Assembly: GCA_029932605.1 (NCBI GenBank)
Contig: JAOZPT010000023.1
Location: 1 to 34,876 of the forward strand
Reading direction: 5' to 3'
Source: Candidatus Zixiibacteriota bacterium
Lineage (GTDB): Bacteria > Zixibacteria > MSB-5A5 > UBA10806 > 4484-95
DNA: 34,876 bases
A program made the translations under genes and the position numbers. This document shows, piece by piece, positions 1 to 8,667 of the stretch (position 1 is the stretch's first letter; each line of letters begins with the position of its first letter). Under the pieces are notes generated by a model, which was given only the letters and a program-made list of their open reading frames with translations, had not been told where the DNA came from and searched no databases.

Positions 1-86
1 TTGCACGTTAAAAGATTGCAATAATGTCTGAATGGCGGAATAGGTGGATATAAGGGACTTAAGATCCCTTTTAAATGTTTTTCTAA

Positions 87-254
87 CTATTTGAAAATCA
101 ATATATTACATGCACCGTATGTGGTTGATTTTGTTAGATTTTCTGTTGAAATTTTGACTAAAATAGCAACCTGTGGTCCAAAACGCTTATGGTTCTGGGC
201 TAATATCTGTAGAATAGTCATCTGATTGAACGGTCTTAAATCTGAATTATTCAT
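87..254 (-). pseudogene. 5' stub of the long-chain acyl-CoA ligase (first ~30 codons homologous, then unrelated read-through)
   Basis: Reverse complement translates to MNNSDLRPFNQMTILQILAQNHKRFGPQVA, aligning with MSEPGLRPFDQLTIPQILIQSRKLFGPRIA at 17881; homology ends at about 163, stop at 87-89. Confidence 0.9.
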
Positions 255-593
255 AAGATACTGACTGGCTTAATCCTACGTATTATTCAACATTGTCGTG
301 AATATATAGTCTCATTATTTTATTTGCGAGCTTTAATAAAAAATGCACTAACACAACCCCGTTGATTATCGGTTAAAGCTCATTTCTGCTTAAAAAAACA
401 TTGGTTATATCAAAAAAATTCGAATAGAATAAACCTTTGCGGGTATTAAATATGGATAAAGAGATGGAACTGGAGGACAACGTTCTTGTGGAACAGTGCC
501 TAAAAGGTAAGCTGAGAACATTTAGGGTCTTGGTTGAGCGCTATAAGAAATCCACTTATTTCTTCGCCCTGGGTATGGTGGGCAACTCCGAGG
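163..593. repeat. 431-bp inverted repeat, copy 1 (ligase 5' stub + bidirectional promoter + ECF sigma 5' end)
   Basis: Colinear with the reverse complement of 17542-17972; paired positions sum to 18135 at both ends and at both ATGs (254/17881, 452/17683). Confidence 0.95.
422..447 (+). promoter_or_regulatory. Putative autoregulated ECF sigma promoter GAATA-N16-GTATT
   Basis: Directly before ATG 452; ECF-like -35/-10 spacing; nearly invariant in the duplicate at 17688-17713. Confidence 0.5.
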
Positions 594-1018
594 ATGCTTA
601 TGATCTTTCCCAGGAGGCGTTTGTCAAAGCTTACAGGGCGCTTCCACATTTCAACAAAAAATTCCCTTTTAAAAGCTGGCTTTTCACAATCCTTTCAAAC
701 CTCTGTAAAAATGCCCTTCGCTCATCAGAAATCAGACAAAAATATCTGGACTCCCAAAAAGCCTTGGCAAATTCCTCAACGGTATCAATATCGGACCCCG
801 AGCAAAGCTATATCACAAAAGAGACAAAAAAAGCAGTTTGGGATGCTATGGCCAATCTTGATGAAGATGCCAAAGAGATTATCATATTGAAACATTTCCA
901 GGATATGTCATACCAGGATATTTCGGAGGTGTTGGGTATTCCTTTGGGTTCAGTTATGTCCCGGTTACATTACGCAAGGTTAAAGCTTAAAAAAGCACTG
1001 GGGGGAATTCTGGAATGA
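452..1018 (+). CDS. ECF-subfamily RNA polymerase sigma-70 factor
   Basis: Region 2 (DAYDLSQEAFVKAY, FKSWLFTILSNLCKN) and region 4 (SYQDISEVLGIPLGSVMSRLHYAR); ATG 452 or 464 preferred over TTG 437. Confidence 0.95.
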   Translation: MDKEMELEDNVLVEQCLKGKLRTFRVLVERYKKSTYFFALGMVGNSEDAYDLSQEAFVKAYRALPHFNKKFPFKSWLFTILSNLCKNALRSSEIRQKYLDSQKALANSSTVSISDPEQSYITKETKKAVWDAMANLDEDAKEIIILKHFQDMSYQDISEVLGIPLGSVMSRLHYARLKLKKALGGILE

Positions 1019-1461
1019 ACTGCCAGAAAGCGTGTATTTATATCTCCGGCAGTCTCGACGGCGAACTTACGGCCGAACAACAGCAACAGCTGGATGAACA
1101 TCTCGCCACCTGCCGAAATTGTCGGAAAGAATATGAAGAATTATTGAAACTTAAGGAGGTGACATCCGACATGCGTTTTAGCGATCTGCCGGATAGATAC
1201 TGGGCAGGCTATTGGAACAATATTTACAACCGTCTCGAGCGGGGTATAGGTTGGATATTTATCTCCATCGCCACCATAATCCTTCTCGCCTATGGAACAT
1301 GGGAGCTTCTAAATAACTTCTTTGTCAATGAAACTGTGCCAATTGTTTTAAGAATCGGCATAGGCTTAGGTATCTTGGGCCTTATTATTCTTCTGGTGTC
1401 AGTCTTTAGAGAAAAGATATTCGCAAGAGAACATGAACGCTATAAGGAGGTAGAGAGGTGA
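1015..1461 (+). CDS. Zinc-binding (ZAS/zf-HC2) membrane anti-sigma factor
   Basis: HLATCRNC (HxxxCxxC), two C-terminal TM helices, ATGA overlap with the sigma gene. Confidence 0.9.
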   Translation: MNCQKACIYISGSLDGELTAEQQQQLDEHLATCRNCRKEYEELLKLKEVTSDMRFSDLPDRYWAGYWNNIYNRLERGIGWIFISIATIILLAYGTWELLNNFFVNETVPIVLRIGIGLGILGLIILLVSVFREKIFAREHERYKEVER

Positions 1462-1781
1462 TAATTACAACATGCGATGAAATCCCTGGCAAAAAAATAG
1501 TTGAGGTTATTGGTCTGGTTAAGGGCAACACCATAAGGGCACGCCACTTAGGAAGAGATATAATGGCAGTTCTGAGAAACATCGTCGGTGGCGAGGTCGT
1601 TGACTACACCAAAATGATAGCTGAATCACGTGAGCAGGCGATTGACCGTATGGTTGCTAATGCTCAGAAGAAGGGTGCAAATGCCGTTGTCACTTTACGC
1701 TTTTCAACATCTTCTATGATGCAGGGCGCGGCCGAGCTTTTAGCCTATGGCACAGCGGTTAAGGTTGTAGAAGACAAATAA
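1458..1781 (+). CDS. YbjQ/UPF0145 family protein
   Basis: MIITTCDEIPGKKI...GRDIMA...GANAVV...ELLAYGTAV signature; GTGA overlap. Confidence 0.9.
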   Translation: MIITTCDEIPGKKIVEVIGLVKGNTIRARHLGRDIMAVLRNIVGGEVVDYTKMIAESREQAIDRMVANAQKKGANAVVTLRFSTSSMMQGAAELLAYGTAVKVVEDK

Positions 1782-1951
1782 CATAAAATCACTGATTAGG
1801 TTACGAAGAAATCTACCAGGTGAATTGCCGATTTATATTACCGTTTACATATGAATAAATCCTAACTTGTTAAGGAGGCCACCAATATTAGAGGGCGTTG
1901 CCTATTAAAAGAAATACAAGAGTTATCCTGACTGTATAATTAACGGGACAG

Positions 1952-2947
1952 TTAGTTTATATTCAACAGTGTCTTACATCCTGTCCAGACCTCTTCAGGC
2001 GTTATGTTATTCATACATCGGAAATGTTTTTCAGGGCATTTCTTTGGCCCATGGGAACTACACGGTCTGCAATGTAAATTTTTATTTTCAACAATGACAG
2101 ATTTTGGTGAATATGGTGTATAACCAAATTCCGGAACCGTGGGACCGAATATGGTCACTACCGGTGTGCCAACCGCTGCGGCCATGTGCGCGGGTGCAGA
2201 GTCATTGGTTATTGCCAGACGAGCTTTATCTACTATGGCGGCCGATACAAGCAGGTCTGTTTTGCCGGCAAGGTTTATCGCTTTGTCATTACCTCTGATA
2301 TCTTCACACAACTGGAAATCACCATCCGAACCCAAAAGGACAATATCATATTTCATCCTGCTTTTGATAAGGCCAACCAGCTCTCTATAACCTGTCCAGC
2401 GTTTGGTTGCCCAAATCGAACCGGGGGCAATGACAATGAAATCACCGGACTTAACATCATGCGAACGCAACAGCTCTTGCGCTTCCAATCTCTCTTTCTC
2501 AGATATAAATATTTTTGGATGTAAACCATCTGTCGGTGATAGCCCCCGGCAGAGAGATAAACATCTTTTGACATGGTGATGGTTTCTATCATAATAAACT
2601 TCATCAGTATAAAGAAACTTAGCTGGTGCTTTATCAAAGCCTATTCTTCTGTCAATACCTGCATACACAGGCAAAAGACCACTCTTATAATAACCCTGGA
2701 TGATCAGAGCGGTATCACATTTAGCCGCACGTAACTGGTTGACAGCCTTTATAAATGATAACAGCCCTCCTTTTTTATCATAGCTTATTATTATATCGAT
2801 ATATGGGTTATGCTTAATCAGCGATTCTGCCTGGGGTCGGACTACTGCAACGACATAATGCCCGGCCTTCTTAAGCGACTCAAAGACCGGTGTGCTGAGT
2901 ATAACATCTCCGGGGAAAGCTGTCTGTATTACGGCAAGTCTTTTCAT
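1952..2947 (-). CDS. waaF: LPS heptosyltransferase, GT9 (WaaF/RfaF-like)
   Basis: QTAFPGDVIL, APGSIWATKRW, ITNDSAPAHMAAAVGTPVVTIFGPT, C-terminal CRPC...CM. Confidence 0.85.
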   Translation of the reverse strand: MKRLAVIQTAFPGDVILSTPVFESLKKAGHYVVAVVRPQAESLIKHNPYIDIIISYDKKGGLLSFIKAVNQLRAAKCDTALIIQGYYKSGLLPVYAGIDRRIGFDKAPAKFLYTDEVYYDRNHHHVKRCLSLCRGLSPTDGLHPKIFISEKERLEAQELLRSHDVKSGDFIVIAPGSIWATKRWTGYRELVGLIKSRMKYDIVLLGSDGDFQLCEDIRGNDKAINLAGKTDLLVSAAIVDKARLAITNDSAPAHMAAAVGTPVVTIFGPTVPEFGYTPYSPKSVIVENKNLHCRPCSSHGPKKCPEKHFRCMNNITPEEVWTGCKTLLNIN

Positions 2948-3009
2948 TTTATCTAAAAGTAATATACAAAATAAAATAATCCGAAATAAGTTTATCCCAC
3001 GAAAACAGA

Positions 3010-4572
3010 TTAACGAGTTACTTTAAATAGGTGAAAGATAGAACCTATCAATACGAAAATTCCACCTCCTGCAATAAAACCGACTGCAAGGTTAAAAATA
3101 TTATGTAGTACACCAACATAACTGCTGTAATCATTAAAATATTTCAAAATTAAATACATCACTACACTGCCCAAACCTGCCGCAATAATTGTTTTTAAAA
3201 AATGTATTAACAATGAACGATAATCCGGCTGGCCGATCTTCTTTTTTATATTAACCGTTAGCATTGACAGGTTAAAAAGTGCCGCAATACCGGGCGCTAA
3301 GGCAAGCCCTACAAAACCCAGGGGTTTCATCAACAGCAGGCTTGCTGCGATATTTATAGCCATCGCAATAACAGAAATTTTAACAGGCGTGGCGGTGTTT
3401 TTATAAGCATAAAAAACCTGAGCCGAAAGCCTAACCAAACCGAAAAAGACCAAGCCTGCGCAATATGCCTGAAGTGCCGATGCTGCATTTATTGTATCTG
3501 CCCAGCCGAATTTGCCATGTTGATAAATTAAAGCACAGATCGGTCGAGCTGCCACAATAAGAAAAAGTGCCGAAGGGAGAAGAAAAAGCATCTGGTTTTT
3601 GCATGAACGGATATATTTCGAAAGCAAAATGTTAGATTTGTTTTCAACTGCAATAGCTGAAAGTTCCGGTAAAGAGACCGTTGCTATGGCCACGCCGAAA
3701 ACCCCCAGGGGAAAATGCATAAGGCGAAATGCGTAGTTCAAATAAGCAATACTGCCGGTGGGAAGAAACGAGGCCAAAAGGGTTGCCACTATGATATTTA
3801 CCTGGGCCGCCGCTACACCGATAGCAGCTGGCCCCATCAACCTGACTATTTGCCTTACCGACCTATCAGCCAAACTAAAAATGAATTTAAAACGGAAACC
3901 AAGAGCGTATAACTGGGGCAACTGAATGACGAGCTGTAATACTCCTCCGGCCAAAGCTCCCCAGGCCATCACCAGAATCGGCGGCTCAAAATAGCTTCGG
4001 AAAAAGAGACCGGCAATAATCAGACCGATATTAAAACCAGCCGGTGCAAGTGCCGGAATGCCAAATTTACCGAAGCAGTTCAATGTTCCCATCACAGCCG
4101 CTGCACAGGCCACAAACACCAGAAAGGGAAACATTATTCTGGCCAAAGTTGCAGTTAGTTCAAGCTGACCGGGTGATTTGGCAAAACCAGCCGCTATCAC
4201 ATGCACCAACTGGGGAGCGAAGATAATCCCGATAACTGTTATCGCACCCAATATAACAAGCAAGACCGATAAAACCATCGAGGTAAGCAGAAACGCCTTT
4301 TGTTTCCCCTCATCCTTGATTTTTTGTGAAAAAACCGGCACATAGGCCGCTGATAGAGCTCCCTCGGCAAAAAATTCACGCAGAAGGTTGGGAAGGCGAA
4401 ACGCAGCATAAAACGAGTCAACAACGGCTCCAGCACCGAAAAAATGAGAGAAAACCTGTTCTCTTACTAAACCAAGCATACGCGATACAACTGTCGATGC
4501 AGAAAACCTGAGCGATTTTTTAATAGAACTGTTAGCCGTTCCAGAAACGGTATTTTTATTTTCTATTGACAT
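3010..4572 (-). CDS. murJ: Lipid II flippase MurJ (MviN)
   Basis: SRMLGLVRE, AFRLPNLLREFFAEGALSAAYVPVF, polytopic membrane protein. Confidence 0.97.
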   Translation of the reverse strand: MSIENKNTVSGTANSSIKKSLRFSASTVVSRMLGLVREQVFSHFFGAGAVVDSFYAAFRLPNLLREFFAEGALSAAYVPVFSQKIKDEGKQKAFLLTSMVLSVLLVILGAITVIGIIFAPQLVHVIAAGFAKSPGQLELTATLARIMFPFLVFVACAAAVMGTLNCFGKFGIPALAPAGFNIGLIIAGLFFRSYFEPPILVMAWGALAGGVLQLVIQLPQLYALGFRFKFIFSLADRSVRQIVRLMGPAAIGVAAAQVNIIVATLLASFLPTGSIAYLNYAFRLMHFPLGVFGVAIATVSLPELSAIAVENKSNILLSKYIRSCKNQMLFLLPSALFLIVAARPICALIYQHGKFGWADTINAASALQAYCAGLVFFGLVRLSAQVFYAYKNTATPVKISVIAMAINIAASLLLMKPLGFVGLALAPGIAALFNLSMLTVNIKKKIGQPDYRSLLIHFLKTIIAAGLGSVVMYLILKYFNDYSSYVGVLHNIFNLAVGFIAGGGIFVLIGSIFHLFKVTR

Positions 4573-4593
4573 TTATCCATTGTAGATTATATT
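4566..4593 (+). promoter_or_regulatory. Sigma70 promoter for rpsT (TTGACA-N16-TATATT); -35 overlaps the murJ start codon
   Basis: TTGACA 4566-4571, TATATT 4588-4593. Confidence 0.6.
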
Positions 4594-4651
4594 TTGGCTC
4601 GCAAAGAGATAAAGATTTGTCAGCGGAAAAGGATGTAGAAAGGAGAAGTAG

Positions 4652-4897
4652 TTGCCCCAACATAAATCAGCTATCAAACGGATGAAAACCTCCCGCCTGG
4701 CCCGTCAGCGAAACAAACGGGTTAAGACCTCTATTCGGAGCGCATTAAAGACATTTAATTCAGAGAAAAACCCTGAAAACTTAAAGACTGTTGCAAAAGT
4801 TCTTGACAAAGCCGCCTTAAAAAATGTCATTCATAAAAACAAAGCCGCCAGGTTGAAATCGCGCCTTGCAAAAACGGTCGCTTCTCAAACAAAATAA
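4652..4897 (+). CDS. rpsT: 30S ribosomal protein S20
   Basis: MPQHKSAIKR...DKAALKNVIHKNKAARLKSRL; AAGGAG RBS before a TTG start. Confidence 0.98.
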   Translation: MPQHKSAIKRMKTSRLARQRNKRVKTSIRSALKTFNSEKNPENLKTVAKVLDKAALKNVIHKNKAARLKSRLAKTVASQTK

Positions 4898-6070
4898 TCA
4901 CGTCAAAAGGTGCCTGCCCAATTTCAGCAATCTGGGATGGGATAAAAGTATTTTCTTTACTACATCAAAAGGATTGATTGCTGTTATCGTTTTACCATTA
5001 AATACATCATAAATAAATTTAAAAATCAACTTAAAATCATCATCGGTTAATTTCAAATAAATATCACGACAATAATAGTAAAATTTTAATTCTTTCTGCT
5101 TTAACCTGAAAAACTCTTTCTGATAGACATCAGCCTTAATACCATTGGTGACCATCTCTGCCACCGTCATGCCAGCGACCTTGCCTGATAAAAGGGCATT
5201 GGCTATACCGGCACCAGTTAAAGAATCTACTAACCGGGCGGCATCGCCAACAACTAATATGTTATCTTTATATAATGGAACATCATTAACATGAGATGGC
5301 ACACCGCCAACCATCTTCTCCAAAATCTGATGTCGTGGGAAACGTCGAGGAATGAACTCATCCAGATAGTCAACCGCTTTCTTTTTAGGAGATTTCATCG
5401 GGCTGATACCGATACCCACATTAGCTATGCCATCGCCCTTGCTAAATACCCAGATATATCCACCCGGAGCAACCGAATTGCCAAGATAAAATTCGATCGT
5501 ATCAGGCTCGATATCGATATCGGCAAGCAGATACTGGTAGGCCGATTGAAGCTGTCCCGGTTTCAATAAAGTTCTTATACCAGCTTTTAAAGCGATTTGT
5601 GATTCGATACCATCGGCGGCGATAACAACTTTGCCGAGTATCTCAATTTGCTGGCCGTTCTCATAGGCTGTTACACCGATAATTTTACCATCCCTATCAC
5701 GTAAAAGCCCGGTAACATCAACCCCAACCCGGACCTTTGCTCCTGCATTAGCGGCCTGTTGAGCCAACCAGCGGTCGAATATCTTGCGCTCAAGTACATA
5801 ACCGGCATCAGGGTGATAAACTGTAACTTCCTTACCAGATGGACTGAACAGCTTCGCTTTCTCAATTTTTGTAGCTATCCACTTTGGATCAGGTTTGACA
5901 ACATTTTCCAGACCGCTTTTTGAAATAGCCTCGGCACAACAAAGAGGATATCCAATCACCGGGTGTTTTTCAAGAAGGAGTGTTTTAGCACCACCAACAG
6001 CCGCATACTTCGCCGAAACAGAACCAGCCGGACCTGCTCCCACCACTATTACGTCATAGGTCTTTAGCAT
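4898..6070 (-). CDS. Geranylgeranyl reductase family flavoprotein (DGGGPL reductase-like)
   Basis: VVGAGPAGS FAD motif, PLCCAEAIS, APGGYIWVF, VGDAARLVDSLTGAGIANA; ATG 6070 (alternative TTG 6082). Confidence 0.88.
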   Translation of the reverse strand: MLKTYDVIVVGAGPAGSVSAKYAAVGGAKTLLLEKHPVIGYPLCCAEAISKSGLENVVKPDPKWIATKIEKAKLFSPSGKEVTVYHPDAGYVLERKIFDRWLAQQAANAGAKVRVGVDVTGLLRDRDGKIIGVTAYENGQQIEILGKVVIAADGIESQIALKAGIRTLLKPGQLQSAYQYLLADIDIEPDTIEFYLGNSVAPGGYIWVFSKGDGIANVGIGISPMKSPKKKAVDYLDEFIPRRFPRHQILEKMVGGVPSHVNDVPLYKDNILVVGDAARLVDSLTGAGIANALLSGKVAGMTVAEMVTNGIKADVYQKEFFRLKQKELKFYYYCRDIYLKLTDDDFKLIFKFIYDVFNGKTITAINPFDVVKKILLSHPRLLKLGRHLLT

Positions 6071-6305
6071 CAACACTCTCAACAGTTAACACACTACCGG
6101 TCATATCCATTAACTTTAACGCATCAGCCGGGCAGATGATAACACACCGTTTACAGCCGGTGCATTTATTATTATCAGCAACAAGTATCAGAGTGCCAAG
6201 ATGCAGAACACCCTCCGGGCAAACAGCCACACAGGCGCCGCAATTGCCACAACGTCCATAATCGATATCAATTACAAAACCATTTTTATTCATCGCAGCT
6301 TTCAT
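6054..6305 (-). CDS. 2x[4Fe-4S] ferredoxin
   Basis: CGNCGACVAVCP and CTGCKRCVIICP; start ATG 6305 or 6293; overlaps the reductase start. Confidence 0.9.
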   Translation of the reverse strand: MKAAMNKNGFVIDIDYGRCGNCGACVAVCPEGVLHLGTLILVADNNKCTGCKRCVIICPADALKLMDMTGSVLTVESVDAKDL

Positions 6306-6312
6306 GCGAGTG

Positions 6313-6341
6313 AATGTATAAACCAGATAAAATATTTTCAA
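6313..6341 (-). promoter_or_regulatory. Sigma70 promoter TTGAAA-N17-TACATT, 7 nt before the ferredoxin ATG
   Basis: Read directly on the minus strand. Confidence 0.6.
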
Positions 6342-6353
6342 GGAATTTGTTGA

Positions 6354-6382
6354 GTAGGAGCAGAATAGTATTCTGTCCCTAC
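6354..6382. repeat. GTAG-type REP-like palindrome / possible terminator
   Basis: GTAGGAGCAGAATA-G-TATTCTGTCCCTAC, imperfect inverted repeat bounded by GTAG/CTAC. Confidence 0.5.
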
Positions 6383-6386
6383 AAAA

Positions 6387-6686
6387 TTAATATCGTTTCA
6401 AGTTTTTCACCTCCGGCGAAGTATATATTTCATTTTCATATCCCAAAACAACGGTGTCAGGATAGTTATTATGAGTTTTACTTTCCATAAGTACAATCAA
6501 CATATCACCCAATACCGATAAATCTATTAAACTGTCATTATAAGCATCACCAATATCATAAAAGATGTTACCAGAATCAATTCTGTTTACCTCTGTAAGA
6601 TCAAAATTTCCATCGTTTTCTAAGAATTTCAAAACAGCACCTTCAAGCAAATCAAAACCCGCAAGTTCAACAAGACCATCATCCAA
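6387..6686 (-). CDS. Acidic hypothetical protein, possibly a 5'-truncated remnant
   Basis: 99-codon ORF filling an intergenic gap; TTG start two codons after an in-frame stop, no RBS, no recognised motif. Confidence 0.35.
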   Translation of the reverse strand: MDDGLVELAGFDLLEGAVLKFLENDGNFDLTEVNRIDSGNIFYDIGDAYNDSLIDLSVLGDMLIVLMESKTHNNYPDTVVLGYENEIYTSPEVKNLKRY

Positions 6687-6696
6687 ATTCTATAGA

Positions 6697-6725
6697 TTGA
6701 CTACAATTTGGTGATTACTTATAAT
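6697..6725 (+). promoter_or_regulatory. Sigma70 promoter TTGACT-N17-TATAAT, 6 nt before ATG 6732
   Basis: Near-consensus hexamers at 6697-6702 and 6720-6725. Confidence 0.8.
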
Positions 6726-6731
6726 GTAATA

Positions 6732-7496
6732 ATGGTTCAGGCGCTGGGTATAACTAAAATATTTGATGGCAAAAAGCGGGGTAAGATTGTTGCAACGGAT
6801 AATGTAACATTCGAGGTTTCACCTGGTGAGATATTCGGTTTGTTGGGTTTAAACGGTGCTGGCAAAACCACAACTCTCCGTTGCCTGGCTGCCATATTAA
6901 AACCGAACTCGGGAACAGCTTTTATCTGCGGAATAGACATCAGAAAACATCCCGAGAAAGCCAAAGCTAAGATCGGGTTTTTAACCGGTTCCACTGGCCT
7001 TTACGGAAGACTTAAAACATGTGAAATAATAAAATATTTCGGACAACTCTATGGTTTATCTGAAACCGAGGTTTCCGATAGGACACATCATCTGATGGAT
7101 ATCCTTAATATAACTGAATACGCTAATATACCATGCGATAAACTCTCATCCGGCACCAAACAGAAAGTCTCCATCGCCCGGACTATGGTCCATGATCCAT
7201 CGGTGCTCATTCTTGATGAACCTACAGCAGGGCTTGATGTAATAACCAGCAGAGCTTTAGTCGAATTCATTAATTTTGAAAAATCTCGGTCGAAAACGAT
7301 TATATTCTCAACTCATGTCATGCACGAGGCTGAAAAGTTATGCGACCGAATAGGGATTATCCACAAAGGTAAGATAATTGCCATTGGTACCCCCGATGAA
7401 TTGAAAAGCCGAACGTCCACAGATGATATGGATGATGCCTTTATTAAATTGGTCGGGGATAACAGAGAAGATACAGACGATGCTGTCACATATTAA
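6732..7496 (+). CDS. natA: ABC exporter ATP-binding subunit, NatA-like (Na+ efflux family)
   Basis: Walker A GLNGAGKTT, LSSGTKQK signature, ILDEPTAGLD, H-loop STH. Confidence 0.85.
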   Translation: MVQALGITKIFDGKKRGKIVATDNVTFEVSPGEIFGLLGLNGAGKTTTLRCLAAILKPNSGTAFICGIDIRKHPEKAKAKIGFLTGSTGLYGRLKTCEIIKYFGQLYGLSETEVSDRTHHLMDILNITEYANIPCDKLSSGTKQKVSIARTMVHDPSVLILDEPTAGLDVITSRALVEFINFEKSRSKTIIFSTHVMHEAEKLCDRIGIIHKGKIIAIGTPDELKSRTSTDDMDDAFIKLVGDNREDTDDAVTY

Positions 7497-8667
7497 AATT
7501 ATATACAAAAAAGAGCTTTTAGATACTGTTCGTGATAGGCGCACTATAATTTCAATGATCGTTGTCCCTATTTTACTATTTCCCCTTTTGACAATTGGTT
7601 TCTCCTCGTTTACCGTAAGCATGATTGAAAAATCAGCAGAGGAGGTTCACAAGGTTAGCGTGATAGGAAAAGATTATGCACCTGACCTTTTTACCATGGT
7701 GGATACTTCTTCGAAAATAGAGATAGTTGAAATCGATTCACTGGAAAAGGCCATCAATGATAAAAAAATCCGAGCGGCGCTCGTTATCCCCGAAGGTTTT
7801 TCGAAGAAACTGCTGGCGATGGATTCGACATTTGTCACCATACTTTTCAATGCTACCGAGGCTAAATCAGAATTCGCCGCGGATAAACTTTATAATATAG
7901 CAGTTGAGTTTCGACAGCAGATTTTATCCCAGCGGATTAATGAAAAAAAATTGAACCCACAGATAATAAAACCGTTTAAAATCAAACGAGATAATGTAGC
8001 CAAAGAGAAGATGGGGTCGTTTTTGCTGTCGATGATTTTACCTTATATCATAATTATATTAAGCATGGTAGGTGCCATGTATACAGCCATTGACCTAACA
8101 GCAGGTGAAAAAGAAAGGGGAACTTTGGAAACGATATTGGCCAGCCCTGTTCCCCGCTGGCAGATTGCTACCGCCAAATTCTTAACCATACTTACCACCT
8201 CGGTAGTCTCAACCATACTCGCTTTGGCAAGTATGACAATCACGATGGCCTACGGCATAATGTTGACTAAGGCTTTTGTTGAAAACTTCGCCTTCAAAAT
8301 CACTCCCCAGATGTTTTTAATAATATTCTTGATGATGATTCCTACAGCTTGCTTATTCTCCGCCCTCCTGATGACCGTTTCCATCTTTGCAAAAAGTTAT
8401 AAAGAGGCTCAAAGTTATATCTCTCCTTTGATGATAATCATAATTCTGCCGGCTTTGGTATCTTTTATACCAGGCGTTGAGCTCAATTTGGAACTGGCAT
8501 TTGTCCCTCTTGTCAATATATGTTTGAGTATCAGAGAAGCTCTTATGGGTAATATTAACTGGCTATATATAACTATCATATTTATTTCAACAGTCCTGTA
8601 TGCCGCATTGGCGATATTTGTTACTCACAGGATGTTTGAAAAAGAAGGAGTTTTATTCCGAACGTGA
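7480..8667 (+). CDS. natB: ABC-2 permease, NatB-like
   Basis: IYKKELLDTVRDRRT and AIDLTAGEKERGTLETILASPV motifs; start moved to ATG 7480. Confidence 0.88.
   Translation: MLSHIKIIYKKELLDTVRDRRTIISMIVVPILLFPLLTIGFSSFTVSMIEKSAEEVHKVSVIGKDYAPDLFTMVDTSSKIEIVEIDSLEKAINDKKIRAALVIPEGFSKKLLAMDSTFVTILFNATEAKSEFAADKLYNIAVEFRQQILSQRINEKKLNPQIIKPFKIKRDNVAKEKMGSFLLSMILPYIIIILSMVGAMYTAIDLTAGEKERGTLETILASPVPRWQIATAKFLTILTTSVVSTILALASMTITMAYGIMLTKAFVENFAFKITPQMFLIIFLMMIPTACLFSALLMTVSIFAKSYKEAQSYISPLMIIIILPALVSFIPGVELNLELAFVPLVNICLSIREALMGNINWLYITIIFISTVLYAALAIFVTHRMFEKEGVLFRT

Noticed and set aside
4895..4900. Abutting convergent stops of rpsT and the reductase with no terminator
   Set aside because: Common in compact genomes; nothing further supports a regulatory role
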